A DNA stretch of 64,000 bases, from contig CATNEN010000010.1 of NCBI GenBank assembly GCA_950097015.1, positions 1,488,001 to 1,552,000 on the forward strand, written 5' to 3'. Positions 1-12,959 of the stretch are shown piece after piece. Within the stretch, counting starts at the first letter, position 1, and each line of letters opens with the position of its first letter. The notes under the pieces were generated by a model. The model had not been told where the DNA came from. It made no database searches and was given only the letters and a program-made list of their open reading frames with translations. The stretch comes from Macrostomum hystrix (Eukaryota; Animalia; Platyhelminthes). Made by a program: the position numbers and the translations under genes.

Positions 1-428
1 AGCTATCCGAATGATACTTTAGACTTATCTCTTGTATCGACTGCCATATTCCAGCGTGTATTTATTTGATTAAAGTTCAGCTTGCTGTTTGACTTTCTAG
101 TGAGGTTACCAAAAGGTATTGGCGTGCTATTAGCTGAACACTTTAGCTTGAAACTGCTGCAGCTTCATGAAGTAAAATATATACTCATTTGAAACTAGTC
201 GAGGCATCTCAGCATCGCACATTTTTTTTGCCTAAATGCACGATCATCTACGAAGGCATAGCTACGGATAACTCTCCAGCTCGGTTTGTGATTCCATTAA
301 TTCGCTGTTTTTACCGAAAAAATATTTACATTTTTTCCGACGTTTGTTTGCAAACTGTTTTTTCCTATTCAAGCCACCAGCTCAAAGAAGGGGAAGATTA
401 TCTGCCTGTCTGCTTTCCATTTTCAACA

Positions 429-2210
429 ATGGCCCTGAGCTTGCATTTCCTACTTTCAATGTCAGCTTTCACTCTTCAATGCGCCACCTCAATAATTTCG
501 CCGGACGAGGCTGTCATGTCGGCACTGAGGCTCGACACCGATTACAAAAATGGAGCCAGGCCGCCACCTGACAATGGCACCGCAAACACAGTCAATGCCT
601 TTGTCTTCTTGAACACTCTGGCAAAAGTGGTTAGTGATTTTGCGAAAATTGAGTTCAGACGCAATTTTATTTCATTGCGATTCAACCCAACCAAACAGCA
701 AACTCGTTATGTACATAGTTCCCTCCTGACCGAAGAGTACGATCCACTAGGAAACGTTTAGCAAAACCTTGGCTCACAACACGGCGGATGAATTATTTTT
801 TCAGGATTCCACAAACCAGGAAATAACAACGAAGGTTTGGTTCACTATGGTAAGTCCAGCAAAGTTGACTGTTTACTGCCGTTTCACCAAAAATGCACCA
901 AACCGAGTTGCGATTTGCAGCACTGGATTGATCTTCGGCTTTCCTGGCTGGGAAAGTTTAACTCAAGTCTAGAAAACATTAGCGTTGTGCATGTGCCCCA
1001 GAGCATGATTTGGCAGCCGGATGTAACTTTCTTCGACGCGTAAGTCATGAAAACATCATACAGTTTCCTCTTTAGCGAACAAGGATAAGTGGCAACTGAC
1101 AAGTCACTGACACTTTCCAGAATAAGCGTTACAGCATACTCAGTGATATCACAGACCTCTGAAGTGCGGAACACGGGGCTAGTGCTGACTGGCAATGGTT
1201 ACATCATCACATCGAAGTGCAAGATGGACATGCGCTATTTTCCATTCGACACGCAGACTTGCTTTCTGGGACTGCTGACCACCCAGCAACTGACGGGTGC
1301 TATTCGACTAAAAATAAAGCCGATATCCGAAAATGACTCGACTACTCAATACCTCTCGGGCAGCAACGAGTTCTGCATTTTTGGTGTCGACATTCTCAGT
1401 GCTGAACTAGGAGGCTATTATACGGCGGCAGTTAGGATTAGTTTCAAAGTAAGTCTGTCACATCTCTAAAAAATTATAACTTTGGGATCAATGATTAACT
1501 AGATTTAAACTTATACTGCACACTATTGAAACGAATGGCGAAACTTCCCTATGATCGCAGCGATTGCCAACCTTCTACATCGTCAACTTGATACTGCCGA
1601 GTGTTCTGCTCGTCGCTATTTCTACGATTCCATTCCGCCTGCCGCCCGAGTGCGGTGAGAGAATGTCATTCAGCATCACGATCGTGTTGTCCATGTGCGT
1701 GTTCCTGCAGCTGGCCGGCAACTATACGCCCACGCAGAGCGAGTCCGTGCCGCTCATCAGTGAGCTCCATTGTTTAAAAGTACAAAACAATCGAATTGCC
1801 TTGAAAAATCTGGACCAAAAGTTAATTTTGGTTAATTTTCAGCTTATTACACTGTGGCTACAGTTCTAGTAACTGGGCTGAATGTACTCTGCAACGCATT
1901 CGTGCTCAGCTGTCATTTTAAGCAGCGAAACGATGGACCGGTCAGCAATAGGGTCATTCGCTGGCTGTTCCTGAGAAAAAGAAGCAGGCAGATTGGGGTA
2001 GCTGTTGGGCACAACGCGACTTCAAATCAGCCTGAGCCATCTGATAAGGAAGATGTCCATAGTAACGAGTGGAAGGCAGTCATAACTGCTGCTGATTCTA
2101 TTTTTTTCTGGCTTTTCATAGCAGCCACTGTTTTTATCTTTACTGTGTCGCTTAGTTTTCAGGCTAAGCTCATTGGGAAAAACTGCCTTGCCGCAAGTGA
2201 TTATGTTTAG
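429..2210 (+). CDS. Cys-loop ligand-gated ion channel subunit, nAChR-like non-alpha (copy A), intact, ~419 aa
   Basis: Six GT-AG exons join in frame: 429-629, 805-849, 921-1039, 1121-1448, 1561-1759, 1843-2210. Signal peptide, RPPPDNG, WQPD (loop A), Cys-loop CKMDMRYFPFDTQTC (C-x13-C), M1-M2 with GERMSFSITIVLSMCVFLQL, M3, short loop, M4. Confidence 0.93.
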
Positions 2211-2821
2211 CCTGCGGCATTCGTTTCGTTTTTCTTCATGGCCCAGTATAATATTTGATGTTATCTAATAATGAAAGAACACAGAGAAATTATATAGGAG
2301 ATAAAGCTCCTAAATGCTAGATTTCGCGCAATGATGAGCCTCATAAAACTAAACGAAATAAATGGCGTTGGTTGTCACTTTTTATTCCTCTAGTGACAAG
2401 CCTAAAACGCACTCCAGACTATCTGTAGAGAACGTCTGCAGTATATTTTAACGAGTATATTTTAACAAGCGCAAGCATTAACTATTTTAGGTCTAAATTA
2501 TTATAATTATCTGTTCCACAGAGACCACTTCAAGTTCTAAAAGAGCTGCTCATTGTAATTATACTCGTATTTCGAGTAACTTACTGTGGTGCTTAGACAT
2601 AGCGGGACTGTGTGACGCCTCGAAAGGCTCCAATGTAAAGAATGTACGAGCGTATTGTTCTTGCAGTTTAGACACAAATACAACAATTTGTGGCCAAGAA
2701 TTTAATGTCTGGGGTCTCGACTTAAAGTCTATATAAGTTTTGGGCTACTATAGGTTAGTATTATAGACCAAAGCGCTGATTTCAATATGCACTTCGCTAT
2801 CAGTAGAAAAGAAAAATATTG

Positions 2822-5800
2822 ATGTCAGAACTTGCGCCTCAAGCGAAGGCGGCGTACGACGGCGACTTGGAACACCTAAAACTTTATATCCGGTCCAGTG
2901 GAATTAAGGGTGCGAACTATGTTGACCAGTCTACTAAAATGAGCCTGCTTAGTCTTGCCGTCATGAGCAACAATCCAGAAGCCGTTCGTTTCCTCTTGAG
3001 CAAGAGAGCTCGCCCTACCTTTTCAAATCCAGGCGGCATGACTCCTATAATGCTTGCTTCTAAATTCTGCAAGCTGGAAGCGGCTCAGGTCCTAATTGAA
3101 AGTAACAAGCTATCAGGCGAAGATCTTTCTGTTAAGGATTCTAAAGAGTATGATGCACTGATGCACTGCTGTTACGAGTACAATCAAAGTAAATCCAAGG
3201 AAGACAGGGAGAAATTTAAAGCGATAGCTAAACTGTTAATCTCTTCGGGGATCGACTTAAAGCAGCGAGACAAGCTAAGACGGAGCGCTTTGCACATCGC
3301 TATCGAAGAAAAATGCGTGGAGATTTCCAAAATTATTATTGAGAGTGACCGCTGTGAGTTGACAATGAAGGACAACAAAAGAGACACACCTCTGATTTTG
3401 GCCTCAAAGAATGGACAAACTAAGATCACCGAACTTCTGGTGGAGCGCCTCAACAATAGTGAAATCGATACAACTAATGCTGAAGGAGACACGGCCTTAC
3501 TGCCGCGGCAGCGCATGGTAATGTGAGGCAGCTGAAGCTCCTACAGATGGCCGGCGCTGACATTTTCCACAGGAACCGCAGAGGCTTGAACGCAATTGGT
3601 GTAGCCCAGGACAAAGCCAATCGTGACGCCATTCGATTCCTGGAGAGGCTTTACAATGATAAGAAAGCGTTAGTTATCTCTGAACGGCTGATTTGCATTT
3701 TGATTTCTAGAACACTTTTTTTCATCACCGAAGAAGACGAAAACGAAAACATATTTTTCACTTCAGGAATTTGATGGTTCGACAGAAGACAAACATGGAA
3801 AGCGGTGAGTCTGTTCACTTCTACAACTACAAGCAACCACTTTAAGCTGAGAAAAAATTCTGTAATAGATTTGGCTTTGAAACTTTCTTGTTTTCTCGTA
3901 ACTAGAACTCCGAGCCTTAAAGAATGCAAATTTAAAACTGAAATTTCTTCAAATAGTTGATGTTGTGAGGTACTCTTTTCATTCGATGGAAATCAATTAT
4001 GAATTTTTGCTCAAAATGATTAAAGTTGTGGATTTCTATTATCTTGAATGTCACAGGGTACAACCTTATTTAAATGCAGCCATTCACATGGTTGAAAATA
4101 CAGTAGTAACAATTGTCTGGGCTGTGTGTAGCTCGTATTACTAATGAAACTCGAAAAACAATTGCAGATCCAGCCTTTTTTGACGAAATGTTTGGCCTAA
4201 TAAAAAATAACATCCGCCAGCAATTCCAAAGCAATCTTTCCACCGTGCTCAACGTTGACGCTCTAAGCGATAAAGAAGGGCATGAATATAGCCTCCTCAT
4301 GGCGGCCGCAAAGCACAACCGCATTCAGCTTATTCAGGACCTAGTGAATGCTGAAGCTAATTTGGACCTCTGCGACAGAAATGGCAAGACGGCTCTTCAC
4401 TACGCCGTTGAAGAAGGCAGTGTTGACTCCGTCCTGAAGTTGCTTAACTGCCAAGCCAATCCTAATATTCAGGAATTTGAACATGGCTACACCCCTCTCA
4501 TGATGTGCTCAAAAACGAAACGCTTTCGAGAAGAAATAGTTCGACATTTTTTAACGTTCAGGGCAGATTTAACCCTGAAATGTCGTGATTCGGCCAATAC
4601 AGCTGCACACTTGGCCGTGGTGCATAACAAGAAAACACTGTTGAACCTGTTACTTGAAGGCAACAGTCATTGTGTGCTTTCGAGCGTAAATGAGCGTAAA
4701 GAAACGCCACTACTCTTGGCTGTCAAACTGGACAAAAAAGAAGCTATTAGAACTCTTGCATTGTATACTTGTAGGTGCCCCGAGCACCAAGCTTGTAACA
4801 CTGAGCACCTTGAGCATTGCGACCTAGATGGGAACACGGCTTTCTCGTTGGCGGCTAGTCTCGGCCATCTCGACATAGTTCAACTGCTGGAGAGGTCGGG
4901 GGCGAACTTCAAACACCGAAATCGATCAGGGATGGAACCCATCGATCTTGCAGGGGAAGCTGGACATTCGCAAGTCGTCGAGTACATTAGCAAGCTGTAA
5001 GTTTTTTGTTCACTTTCGATTTTTTGGGTTGCGTAAATTTACTATTTTAAAGATTTAAAGATACCATTGAATCTCTACAAAAAATGAAGCATTTTAGAAG
5101 AAGATATATAAATTACGTAGTGGCCAACGCAGGCACTCATAGAAATAGGTGGAAAGTCGGTGACGTTAATGTTTCTGTCATGAAATACTAAAGCTCAACA
5201 TAAATTCTAATTTAAATAGGAAGCGAACTTGGCGCTACCCTTCCATGTTGCTACGTAGCAAGAACGAGTACCGTGGCGACTGTGTCTACATCTCCGTCTC
5301 GTCCGACAGCGCTCACGAACTGGCTGTCACATATGATGGGAACAGACTGTTGAACCTCTTCCAAACAAAATTGCGCTTTAAGTTTAGGCCGATGAGCAAT
5401 CCTTCAGCAAAAGAGATGCAGAAATATATGCAGGATATCGCCAATGAGGACCACAGCCGCAAAGCATCCTTCATTTGTGTTGTATCTGCCCACGGTTATA
5501 GCGATGAGGAAACAAAGAGAACCTACATTAAAGGAAGAGATTCCACTGATGCTTCTACCGAGAGTGCCACCAAGCAACTAATCAGTGTGGAGAATCTGAT
5601 CGACCCAATCACAAAATGCGCAACTCTCAAGGGCAAGCCGAAGATCTTCTTCATCCAGTGTTGTCGTTGTCTGCAGTCGGGTCTCCGAGATCGCGCTGTT
5701 CGGACGCCAGCCAGAGGAGCTCGAGGAAACAACCAGAGAGACTTGTCTGACCTACTGCAGGTTTATTCAACTTCGTCCGGTGATGTCGCTTTAAGGACTC

Positions 5801-6012
5801 TTCGTGGAACAGTTTTCATCCAAAAACTTTGCGCGTTCATTGAGAATTACATGGAAAGGCACCACCTTCGAGAGATTATTGACAAACTGGCGGCCTCCAT
5901 GAACGACGAACCTGTGTGTCAGAATCTGTTCCAAACCATAGAAATAAGAGGAAATCTGCCAAAAAAGATGTACTTTCATGATGAAGAATTGCCGAGGGAG
6001 TCTGAATGGTGA
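2822..6012 (+). CDS. Ankyrin-repeat/caspase fusion (~835 aa if a 1-nt frameshift at ~3500 is corrected); catalytic His/Cys retained
   Basis: Exons 2822-3668, 3767-3804, 4168-4996 and 5220-6012 have GT/AG ends and matching phases. Multiple ankyrin motifs (GMTPIMLAS, RSALHIAI, DTPLILAS, GKTALHYAV, GYTPLMMC, ETPLLLAV, GNTAFSLAA). C-terminal caspase motifs ICVVSAHG, LKGKPKIFFIQCCR, GTVFIQKL and KKMYF. The frame slips at TTA CT/GCC GCG GCA (3497-3510). Confidence 0.82.
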
Positions 6013-6753
6013 GAAGGTTAGAAGTTTCAGAAATCTAACTCTTATATACCCTTTGTCGTTTTAAAATAATTCTTTTTCTTTAGCTTTAATGTTCCATTGT
6101 TATATTGTTGAAATTTTACGATTCGCTCTCTCAGTACTGAAAGCTTTGTATCTGTAATAAACCAATTGTAACGTTTTTTAATAATTAGTTTTTTTTATGT
6201 AAACAATAAGGAATCATTCTTTTTGTAATAAAACGAACATTGTATTCCTTCGTGTTATAAAATTTAAATTCGAAATGACGATAAATCATTTCGCTTAAAT
6301 TAACGTATTTTGCACAAGATTGTAACGCACATTTGTTAAAAATGAAGACTGCAAAAGGGTTTAAATACTCGTACACACGAGTTTTGAGGAGGAAAAACAA
6401 GGTATTTTGCACCCGCACGTTCAAATAATAAGAGAGAAGTTCAGATTGAGAATAAACAAGTTTTTCAATTAAGAGAGAGATTCGTGTTGCAATTTTTTTC
6501 TAAACAAGAGAGTTTGAAAATACGAAGATTAGTCGGAGACATAATAAAATAAAACTTACAGACTTACAGAACCCCGCCCTGTAGGATTCGACAAACCAAC
6601 AATTCGTGTGAATTGAAGTTAAGTGGGTATCCTTATCCTCCATCATTAATTCAATTTCTTTCCGGTTCAAGCAGATCTTAAAAGAGTAGAAAAACACTGA
6701 GGCAGAATTTAGACAGAAAAAATAAAACCTAATCGTCTCTATGCATTTTCCAG

Positions 6754-7310
6754 CGAAAGCCGATCTTTTACGTCTTGAATCTGATGCTACCCAGCGTCCT
6801 CTTACTCGTCGTCTCGGCAGTCACGTTCCGCATGCCGCCAGAGTGCGGCGAGCGAATCTCCTTCAGCATCACCATCGTGCTGTCCATGTGCGTGTTCCTG
6901 CAGCTAGCCGACAACTACACGCCAACGCAGAGCGAGTCTGTGCCGCTCATCAGTGAGTATTTTCTGTTTTCAAAAGATAAGGTATTTCAGCTGTTTCATA
7001 GTAGCCTGTTCAGCAAAAAAGCGCTCGAGTTAACAATCGACTCATCCGGCTTCTCTTCCTCAACCGAATGGTTTCTGGTAAATTTGCACCTCAAAAGGTG
7101 GCCGCTTCTAGCGCTACTGGAGTGTCCGATCACACTGGTGCGACTCACAGCGAGATCAAAGTTAATTACAACGAATCGGAGAAGGTGGTGACTTGTGCAG
7201 ACTGGATTTTCTTCTGCACCAACGTGGCGCTCACCGTTGTCATAATAGGCAGCGCCTTCAGCTATATGAGCAGGCTAAGCAACACACGCTGTGTTCAGTC
7301 TAGTCCTTGA
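6754..7310 (+). pseudogene. Orphan 3' module of an nAChR-like gene (copy B): intact M1-M2 exon plus a last exon lacking M3
   Basis: Exon 6754-6952 has both splice sites and encodes RKPIFYVLNLMLPSVLL...QSESVPLI. Downstream, RVNNRLIRLLFLNR...CADWIFF...TRCVQSSP* is present but the M3 segment is deleted. No exons 1-4 are recognisable upstream. Confidence 0.75.
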
Positions 7311-7899
7311 TTTTCAGTGCCAGTTTTCTGAATTTTCTCTTCTTCGTCACTTTGGTTATCGTCGTTAACAATAGCAAGAAACACGTTTAAATGCATATTA
7401 ATCTACGGTTCTACTGACCATCTATCGAGCTATCCTTCCTACACAATTTTGTCAATTTTTATCGTTTCTATGAGGTTTCAATTAGTCTTCAACGCGGCGT
7501 TGAACTCGTTATAATCTGACCATGCAGATGTTAATTTGAGGCAAAACACGAAGCAGAAAATGCGTTTTTACTTCTCGCTGAACAGTTTTGTCTGCAGCTC
7601 TTTTGTCGTCTATTTTTAGGCTGATAAAACGAATTGTTCAATGAGTAGATAAAAAGGTATCCCATGTAATCACCACCATTTTATCGAATACGTAATGATA
7701 TATATATTATATATATATAGATAGATAGATGGATATATATAACGCGCACGGCTGTTTATTGACCATGGTATGGAATGCGGCGAGCACCACACGCACCCTC
7801 CATTATCCCAGCTAACGCTGGTACCCATTTAATAGCTGGGTGAAATGAAGCACAGTTACGTGTCTTGCTTAAGGACACGAATTTTCCAGGTGTCGTACG

Positions 7900-8760
7900 T
7901 TTGGCAATAATGAAGACTGAGACAAGAAGCCAGTTGAAATAGTGAAATCTTTCATTCGAAGCAGGACCTTTACTTTCTTTTAAGTATGCCAAATCCAGAT
8001 GAATACGCTCGAAAAAGAACTTTGTGCCTTTCCCGGAGTGAAGGTTGGAGTTGGTTCGTTTTCTCGAATTCAGTTGACAGTAAGGGCATCGTTGAACAAA
8101 GCTGTTGATCTGGGCATCGATGTAAGGCCACCAGAAGTACTCTCGAGCGAGTCTGATTCGGACTTGGAATGATTCGGCACTGCTGACATTGCCCTGGGTG
8201 CCGTTGCCAGTCTTCTTATGAGTACTCTTCTGTACTGTGGCGATGGTTTGACTCGAATCAGTGGCTTGTGATACAGACTCAGAAAGGAGACTATCCTTAA
8301 CTGCTGTCTCTAGATCCAGAAGCAGTAACTTCTGCTTCAAAAAATTATCGGCCAGCCCAAATATAAACCGAGACAGAATTAGGTCTTCTCGCAAGTCGCC
8401 AAACTCGCACTTGTTGGCCTGGGTCTTCAGTCTCTCCAGAAATCTTGTCACTGACTCACCCTGCATAGTATAAAGTAGATGTCTGTCGTAATGAAGAAGT
8501 CGCTTGGGTTTCAAGTGGCTCAGTATCGCTGCCTTGATGAAGTCAAATGTACACTTAGAATCGTTTAGAATGTCTTCTGGCTGCACAAGTGTTTTGATTA
8601 GTGACAATGCCGCATCTCCACAAGTGGCAAGTAGAACGGCTTTACTTTGGCCAGCTTTTCCCGTTGCGCAAGCGTAAAACCGGAGGCGCTTGAAGTATTG
8701 TTCCACTTCGGGGTAGCACAGCGGCGTCTCCCCCAGTCGGAAGTCGAGCCCGGAAGACAT
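7900..8760 (-). mobile_element. Internally deleted Ty3/Gypsy (K02A2.6-like) LTR retrotransposon remnant: gag joined to an integrase N-terminal fragment
   Basis: ORF 7756-8760 has a gag-like segment (LLATCGDAALSLIKTL...GESVTRFLERLKTQANKCEFGDLREDLILSRFIFGL), then LAREYFWWPYIDAQINSFVQRCPYCQ (integrase zinc-binding region) and FERIHLD. No LTRs or RT found. Confidence 0.78.
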
Positions 8761-9224
8761 AGAAATTAAGGAATTGAAAAAATTTATAGACTAAAGTAGT
8801 TTCGAGTCGAAGAGCTTGACTTTCAAACCTGTTAAGGCATAAAAATAAAAAAGCGACAAGTGTAATAAAGAGTGAATCAGAAGCGCGTTCATGAATCTAT
8901 ACAAAATTATAATGTTAATATTTGTGTTACTTAAAAGATACAAAAGTAAAAGACTTTACAAAAGTTGAGTACAGTCTTCCGGTCCCCTGACTCGAAAGGT
9001 GATGGCGGTGCATAATATTGAATTACGAGGTAACTCTTGTTGTGGGAAACGTTTAATAGGGGAAGCCTCGGTGGGAAAACATTTTCAAGGCCGGAAAAGC
9101 CTGCACTGGCTGGAAAATCTCGGCGGGAAAGCTCGCTGCGTGAAATGCTTGAGGGGAAAGACTCGGTGCTAAAAACTGCTTCGGAGCCGTGAGCCGCAAG
9201 GAGAGCCGTGAGCACCCATTGCGC

Positions 9225-9293
9225 ATTACTTGGTGACAGTAGAACCGCAACCAGCGAGGAGGCAGCTCTGCTCGTTTCAATGACTCCTGAGCA

Positions 9294-9335
<42 letters not shown>
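9225..9335 (-). mobile_element. Partial SINE copy (3' part) with an expanded (CA)n microsatellite at 9297-9335
   Basis: Reverse strand reads GTGTGCTCAGGAGTCA...GCAGAGCTGCCTCCTCGCTGG, matching 34630-34690. The CA run sits where other copies carry a short GT-rich tract. Confidence 0.7.
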
Positions 9336-9336
<1 letters not shown>

Positions 9337-10220
9337 TTCACAGACTCTTGAACACGCACACACACATACTGAACTGGTACACACTCACTCAGGTGTTTGA
9401 TTCACCGTCGGTAAGTTTGGCGTCTTAAGTGACACAGTTATGCTCTTCCATCTGTATGTACTTGCGTTGCTAGAAATATCTATGGTTCAAGGCTTCATTT
9501 TTGGGAAATTCCATCTTGGTCACATCTGATTTGCATATCGAATTGCCCCCCCGTTTTAGCATGAGAAGTCAGTACAAAAGCCAGTTGTTTCAAGCATAAG
9601 GCATAACGTTTCATGTAAATATAGTATACTCGAGGTAGGTCATAACGTCCTCGCACCAAGCAAGCAGGCAAGAATGCAGCTCTTCATTCTGCTATGCCAT
9701 AACGTCCTTCGCCGGATCAGTGCTAACTGCTTGCACTGATGAAGTCAATCTTCAGAAAGCACAGCTAACAAAATGCTGCGGACACAATGTCCGCAAATAT
9801 TGCCTTCTGATATCCCAGTATGTTTTCTGCTTTCATTTTGTTTGCTCAGATGATCGATGCTTGCTCTGCTCGGCACACAATGGTTTCGATCGATCTGGTC
9901 AACAGAAAGTCTCGCCAAGCGACATTGTATGAAATTATACATGAGTTCATCGCAAGGATAGCCAGTCCATTGCGGGAGAACAGTGGCCTGTAGCATGTGA
10001 TCCGTCTGAACCTGATGATTGGTGCATTGAAACAAAACCTTGGTGTATAGGTGAGGCTTCTCAGTACAGGATTAAATGAATTAAACTTAAAACCAAAGGT
10101 ATAAATAATTGGCTTCCGACTTCTAAAAATGCCATTTTTTATTCTCCTCTGGCTCCGCTAGGAAAGCCTGCACTCTTTCTCAATCAGCAGTTCTACTCAC
10201 AGAGTTGATCTACCACGGCA

Positions 10221-12286
10221 ATGCCATTGCGTCATTCCATCAAGATCATTTGGATGACCTTCTATATGGTTGGTTTTTCAGTAATCGTCTCGGCGTCCGG
10301 CTCTCTGTCACCCGATGAGGTTGTGGCGAAAGCACTGAGCCTGACTACCGACTACAACAGCGCTCTGAGACCACCACCTGACAATGGGACTGCTAATACA
10401 ATCAACATATTTATATACTTTAATAGTCTACTGAAAGTGGTTCGTCGCGACCAAATATTTTCGCAATGTCGTTAGAAAGAAGCATGTTCTAAATGTCTTA
10501 TAAAATATATTCTCACTCTCCCATTGCAGGATTCAACCAGCCAGGAAATAACGACTAAACTTTGGCCTCAATTGGTAAGGCAGCGAAACACGTTAAAATT
10601 ATTTTATTGGACAACCGAACAAATTGTGATACATAGGCCCTGAGAACACTTTCATAAAATGGAAAAAATTGATTATAGTATTTTCATAAGCTTCTAATTG
10701 CCGTAGTGATTATACATTTTCGTTTCTGTGTTTCGAGCATATTAGCAATGTTACTTGCACGTCGTATTCATAAAAGTAATTCATAAAAGTTACGAACGGG
10801 ATTACCAGAGAAAAAGACCCCACTCACTAACACTCAAAGGTGCGAGTGTAGGCCATTTTGATTCGCAAAAAGGCTCCATTTTTTATCCGACCCAAAGTAC
10901 TGGCTGGACAGTCGGCTTCAGTGGCTCGGCAAGTTTAATTCCACGCTGGACAATATCAGCGCGATCTACTTGCCATCCAGCATGGTCTGGCAGCCGGATT
11001 TCATTTTCTATGACGCGTGAGGAACTGACGGCTTATTCATATTCAATTGTCGAGATCCAATCAGATTTGTAATAATTATTTCAGATTGAGCCTTTCCAGC
11101 TACTCAGAAGTCGCCCCGCTCATGGAGGTGAAGAGCACAGGCCAGGTGATGACAGGCAAAGGACAGGTCGTGACGTCCAAGTGCAAGCTGGACATGCGCT
11201 ATTTCCCATTTGACACGCAAGTCTGCCGGCTGGGCCTGGTCAGTGCCCAACAGAGGTCGGGCGTTTTCCGAGTGAAAATCAAGTCGCCCTTTGAGAACGA
11301 TTCTCCAGACGCATTCATCATCAGCAATAACGATTTCTGCATCACGGACATCCAACTGCTTCTGAGCAACCTCTCTGGTTATCAAGCTGCCGCTCTCCAC
11401 ATAAAATTCAAAGTAAGGAAGGCTAGGGGGAGTGGGTGATGCTGTTCGCGCAATAGCTGCGCTGAGCTGTCGGCTGCACATCTGGCCCAATTAGGGCAGG
11501 TTGGCCGTACTATTAGGGACGGTGTGGCCTTTCGGTCAAAAAAGACTTCCATGACTAAAAAAGCAGAAAATAATTTATAATTTTAGCGAATGCCGACTTT
11601 CTACATCATTAACCTGATGCTACCCAGCGTCTTTCTCCTCGCCATCTCCGCCATCGCGTTCTGCCTGCCGCCTGAGTGCGGGGAGAGAATCTCCTTCAGC
11701 ATCACTATCGTGCTGACCATGTGCGTGTTCCTGCAGCTTGTTGGCAACTACACACCAACACAGAGCGAGTCCATACCACTCATCAGTGAGTGAATAGAAT
11801 GAAATATTTAGGGCATTAAAATATGTAAACACCACTTTCCAAAAACAACAAAGACTGTCAGTTGATTGGCAAATAAGGATTGTGAAAATTTCAGCCCACT
11901 ACTTCATGGCTGCGATTCTTCTGACTATGCTGAATGTGCTCTGCAATGCATTCGTGCTCAGCTGTCATTTCAAGGGGCGCGGAAGCGCTGTCGTGAGCAG
12001 TCGGCTCATTCGCGCACTTTTTCTCAACGGACTCGTCACTTGGAAAAGCCCGGAGTGCAAGGTCTCTCAGCAGTCCTCGGAGCTGCAGCCCCAGTCGTCA
12101 TGCCCTGATGGCTCTTGCAGCTTTGATGCTGCCCGCATTAACGAGTGGGGAAGCGTCGTTTGTGCGGCTGATAGAATGTTTTTCTGGATTTATTGCTTTC
12201 TTTCTGCCATGCTTCTTATAGCATCATTCGGCTTCCAGGCAGTGTCCCACAATGGGACTTGTCGTGAAGCCACACTGTATTCTTGA
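10221..12286 (+). CDS. nAChR-like Cys-loop subunit (copy C), intact, ~433 aa
   Basis: Exons 10221-10439, 10530-10574, 10898-11016, 11085-11412, 11587-11785, 11895-12286. Internal exon sizes (45/119/328/199) and phases match copy A. Cys-loop CKLDMRYFPFDTQVC. Confidence 0.93.
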
Positions 12287-12959
12287 AGAACAGTCCTTGA
12301 AGATGCGGCAAATTTCATGTAAATGATGTTGTCAGTAATGATTCCTAAGTTTGAACGAATAATTAAATTGGAAGTAAAAACATGTGCTGGTAACAAGACT
12401 GCAAGTAATAGTCTTTTTATTTCGCAATCGCAGAACTGCGAATTGCAATGTAATTAAATAGAATGAGAATGAATAGAATATAATGGAATGGAATGGAATT
12501 AAATCGGGCAAGTATCCGTTGCGGAACATTGCCTTGACCTTGAACGGTCTCGGTCTGCCAGCGCGAGGTTCGTTCCCCACTTTTAGTGTGTTTCAACTGT
12601 CACTGAATTTTCTGTCACCGTCGTCTCTGCCAGAGAACTATCTGGTGCTAAGGAGCTGAGACGCCCGCGACTGTTCAGAGGTCGACTAGCTACAAAAGCG
12701 CTGTCTGACGAAAGTAGTCCCAAAATCATCAAAATCTACACCAGAAAAGCCTGTTGCAATTTGTAGCCACTCGTCCTGTACTGTTGGAATTAAAAAAAAC
12801 ATTTTTTAAGCAATAAAAGATCAACTATTTCTCAGATATTTCCTAACTTGGCTTCACAAGAGATCAATCTTGAGAGTTTTTCAGGAGTTTCAGAATATAT
12901 ATCGCCATATTATCGCCATGCTTGAGTTCTCGCCATCTAAAGTGCATGGAAACGCTCAA

